A stretch of DNA of 64,000 nt from the human T2T-CHM13v2.0 reference genome, Homo sapiens: NCBI RefSeq assembly GCF_009914755.1, contig NC_060927.1; one strand, written 5' to 3'. The notes under the pieces are model-generated. The model was given only the letters and a program-made list of their open reading frames with translations, had not been told where the DNA came from and did not search any database. The position numbers and the translations under genes were made by a program. Every line of letters begins with the position of its first letter. Position 1 is the stretch's first letter. This document shows positions 58,311 through 64,000 of the stretch, in pieces.

Positions 58311-58684
58311 CAAGTAGTTCATGGGAAGGTTGCAGAGTGTTGTGGATGGTTTCAAGATGCAGTGTTTGGTCTCCCAATTAAAAGAATTACTAATACAAAG
58401 AAAAAAAAAAGACAAGGTATTTAGTCAAATGTGAGTAAACTTGGAAAATGACTTAGGTCTCTCAGATGTGGTCACCTCATTCCCATTTGCCTGTGTAGCC
58501 AAGAGACCTGAGGCCACCCATCCATGTTGTTGTACACCATGTTTATGTTTTGTTGATTTCTCCCACATGTCTGTAATTCAGCTTGCCCAGCAGGCTACGT
58601 GGCATTTCCCTACCTTGCATATCTTACCTCAACTCTAAGCAGAAGCTGCTTAACAATTTTGGTTAATAAAACCATATTTTCAAA

Positions 58685-58822
58685 GCTGGATGAGGTGGTG
58701 CATGCCTGTAATCCTAGCTACTCAGGAGGCTGAAGTAGGAGAATCCCTTGAGCCCAGGAGTTTGAGACCAGCCTGGGCAACAAAGTGAGACCCCATCTCT
58801 AAAAAGAAAACAAAAACAAAAA
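58685..58822 (+). mobile_element. FLAM-type Alu monomer
   Basis: gctggatgaggtggtgcatgcctgtaatcctagctactc...ttgagcccaggagtttgagaccagcctgggcaac, then A-rich tail. Confidence 0.88.
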
Positions 58823-60329
58823 CCCGCATTTTTATTAAATCTTTTTTTAATCTTATTAAAGCTTTCTCTAAAGCTAATAAGAAGAATCTGTTAATGTATC
58901 TGTTTTATAAATAGTCAAAATACTCAAGCTTTATGAAAAAGTGGGGGTACACTTAAAAAATCTCACAAGAAGGAACTGTTTTGTCTTTTTAATTAGTAAA
59001 TATGTTTGTGTTAGAAGCATTAACATCCTTGGTTCCAAGCTATTACTTGGCATTAACTCTAACTTTTCCTTAATGGGCAAAATTGTTAAGTGGGTAAAGT
59101 GTGTTAGAAATGTCCCTCTCAGCAGGACCAGCCCAAGATTTACCATGCTTTGTCATTGCCTCTACATCACTGGGGCTCAGCCTAGGCAGTGGCCTCTGTG
59201 CTTGACATTTTTCTTCCTCATTCTGCTCCCAGAGTCTCCATCCTGTGTCTCCTCATTCTTTCAAGCCTCAGTTCTTTCCTTTGGGTTCTAACATTTAGCA
59301 TTGGCCTAGGTGTGCGTGGTAGAGGCTTGGGGCCTGTGGGTTGAACCCAGGTGAAGGCACAAGGGGAAGACAGAGTGAAGGAGAAGGAAAACCAAAAGTG
59401 GCAGAGAAACACAAGAGGATGTAGGGAAAGGGGAGAGATAGAGGGCCATTCAAAAGAAGAAAGAACAAAGGTGAGTCTCCAAGACAGGATCCCAGAGTGT
59501 GGGGCTGCATGAGTTTTGAATGCTTGCTTTGGGCACCTGCTGATGTTTGCTGCCTCCCCTTAAGAGCCTGCGTAATGTGGTGCTCAGGTGGTTCCATGTT
59601 AAAGGATCAGGCTACAGCAGACATACCAGAGAAAGTGATCTATATGAATGTTTTCTGAGGCTTTTACTGTGCTTTCTCACTGAAGCAACACCTTTTCATC
59701 TTAATAAGAACCTTTTGCAGGCACAGGATTGACTCTAGGGGTGGACATTGCAGGCACTGTACAACAGACCCTCGGCGGTGGCATCCTAAGGTATGTGGCA
59801 CCTCAGCCACCTCTCACATCATACAGTTGTTAAGAGCCATCCCCTGGCCATAGGATTCTGCCTCTGAATATCTGTTAGGAGTGTGTATGGTGAAGCTTAC
59901 CTTGTATGTATTTACAGCGTTCTTAATACTTTGCAGCTGTGCAAAGGACATTCTAAACATTTCTATATATGCAAAAGAACTACCACAGTTATGAGAAAGC
60001 TCTGCAGTTCCCACAGCCCTCCTCCTTCTGATTTCTGTTCTGCTGGTTCTGGATGTAATTAGGACTAGTTCTTGGCAGGATTCTCTGTTGCGTTCTGGCT
60101 CTCTAAATAAGACACACTGTTAATTTTCATTATTTGAAGTCAAATTAAGTTTGAAACCTTGGCTTGTCATTTTGCGCAGGTAGGAGGGAAAGGGCAAGAG
60201 TGAAAAGGATGATTATTTTCTTAAAAAGAAAAGTCATCCTCATTACGAATGAAGCTTTTAAAAGCATTATCAACTAAAAATAAATAACAAGAAACAATGT
60301 GAACAGAAGCAGCTTACACAGTTTTCCTT

Positions 60330-61195
<866 letters not shown>

Positions 61196-62967
61196 TAGCT
61201 TTATTTTGAAGTATTATTTTCCAAATAAAGTTATCTCTGCTTTGTATCACCATTAATTTCTCCCACCTCTGAATAACTACAGCCTAGCTTAGCTAAATAA
61301 AGTTTGCTTCCCTTAATATGCCTAATTGTATACTATTGTTGAGTTATAAAAATCAGGTTTCAACCTGAGTTTTTAATGTGTGGCTATTATAAATGATGAT
61401 GAATGCCCTTCAATAATCAGAAAATTGATGCCTTTGTTGACATTTTCAGAAGCTTGTGGTATATTAACTTACCTGTGTTTGTTATGGACTTCTGCATTTT
61501 AGCGATTTTAAAATGTAGCAGCCAGTTTTGCGCACAAAAGAATAAACATCAGCCCAAATTCTGACTTTTTATTGATTTAATATTTTAATAATTTCTGAAG
61601 AATTATAGCAGCTACCAGTTAAACCATTAGATTAAAAACAGAAGTGTCGACATAGGGTGGCAGAGTTTACTGATTTGTTAATTTAACGTGATACTTATAA
61701 GGGTATCTGTGACCTGCATGAGAGTAGTGTGCCACTTTATATTATATTCTTAGTGACTTTGCTTAAATATGTATTCACTGAGGGTCAATTCCTAGTGGAA
61801 CTGGATTGGATTAGATACCTCTTTGACCTGACTAGCATTTAGCATATGGAGGACATCGAGTAAATGATTTGTCATACTATTCTTCTTCTCTCTTGCCTCT
61901 TTTAATTCTTCTATTCTTCTAGAATATTGCTGAGTGTTTTTAATGCTTCTTCTTCAGAAAGTAGAACTCCTTAAACATATACAGAAAACTCGCTTCTCCT
62001 GCTAGCTCAGGATAATTTATCATCTACTTGCCCTGGAAGGCAGAAGGCAATTGCCTCAATCATGTCCAATTCTCTTGACTTTGCCTATTCCTGTTGATCA
62101 GCACTTAGCATGTCATTTCATGGAGAGAGTTTTTTCCCCTCTTTTGTTTCTTCTTTTGAAAGCCCTTGTTTCCTCTAGACAGAATATGTAACCAGAGTTT
62201 TTTCCTGGAGTGTTCTTTTGAATACACATTTCCAGACAGTATGTTCAACATATTAAAGCTTTCCACCCTCAGATGGTGCTCATCATCAGCATGTCTTTTC
62301 CATCAAATGTGCCCCTCCTCCTAATCCAGTGACCTTTTCTGTTCTGGTTGATATCTTCTTAATAACTTTCTTCTTGATGGCTTCCGTCTTGCATTCAGTA
62401 GTTCAAATCCTGTCACCTCACAGGTTTACTCCTTAAATATACTGATAGCCACGGTGTCGGGGGACCCGTGAAGAGTTTTGCTTACATAACAGAGTTTGTC
62501 TACTCCTCAGAAATCCCAACAGAAAGGAAGTTTTGTAATCAGTATATTGTAGAAAAATGAATAAACAACTCTTGAGACGATTACCCAGGAGAAAGAAGGA
62601 TATTCAGATGAGAATGGGAGTGACAGTTAAAAAAGAGACTGCAGCTATTATTGCTAAATAACATTATAGAAGAGCTCCTTTTGTGGCAGAATCCTGTTAT
62701 GGGCTGGGACTTGAGCTAGAAAGTAGAAAGAGGCTGGTCATATGTTGGGTATGGAAAACCAAGTATGGGGAAGCTCGGTCTTGGATCACATTCTTCAGCA
62801 TCAAGATGCGTGAGAAATGCACAACCTGTGCAAATACTTAAATGAAATTATTATTGCTGACTGCCGTTCATGCTTCCTCTACCACTCAAATTTATAAAGC
62901 CCTCTGGAGTCAAGATACCGTCAGCCTCTCTCCTTTGAAATTTGGGGTGGAAAAGAATGAGAGGATA

Positions 62968-63610
<643 letters not shown>

Positions 63611-64000
63611 CTGTGGGGAGGCTGAGCCTGGGTCAGATCAGATCTAAGATGAAGTGAAGGCTAGAACTATCCAGACTTTGTACATCAAGTAATCCGTTTC
63701 TGTTTTATTAAAGGAGAATACATTATAGGGATTACATATGCAGTGGAGAGCTATTAGGGGCACTACAAACAAACCTTATCTGCATAGTCGGTGATCTCTT
63801 TGCTTGAACTTCTGCTACTTAGTGTCTTTGTTAGTGAATGTATTTGTCCTCTGATTCTCCAGTCCGAAGGTCCACCCGTCCGCTTGATGCCTGTTGCTCA
63901 GAATTACTGACTCCACAGTGGGGCAGATCACAAGCACCCCCCACAACCAGATCCACTTTTCCAGCTGCGGAGGCAGCAACCCTTGCTTTGAGGGCCTCCT

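Overview
Human genomic DNA, almost all intronic, from the FNDC3B gene transcribed on the + strand. The window covers about 56.5 kb of the long first intron, then the first coding exon (exon 2, 56532-56670, encoding MYVTMMMTDQIPLELPPLLNGEVAMMPHLVNGDAAQQ; missed by the ORF track because it is short), then about 7.3 kb of the next intron. The rest is repeat-rich: about 20 Alu/FLAM/FRAM elements including a human-specific AluYa5, plus L1, L2, MIR, an MST LTR, DNA-transposon relics and microsatellites. I find no prokaryotic-type system, no CRISPR array and no convincing new gene. The most interesting items are: an unusual start-codon cluster with an overlapping out-of-frame uORF in exon 2; the circRNA context of exon 2 with a young inverted AluYa5 nearby; a near-perfect 41-bp minisatellite with HSE-like motifs nested in an old L1MB; and candidate cryptic 5'UTR exons carrying uORFs. 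Repeat subfamily names are from visual recognition, and boundaries of old repeats are approximate.
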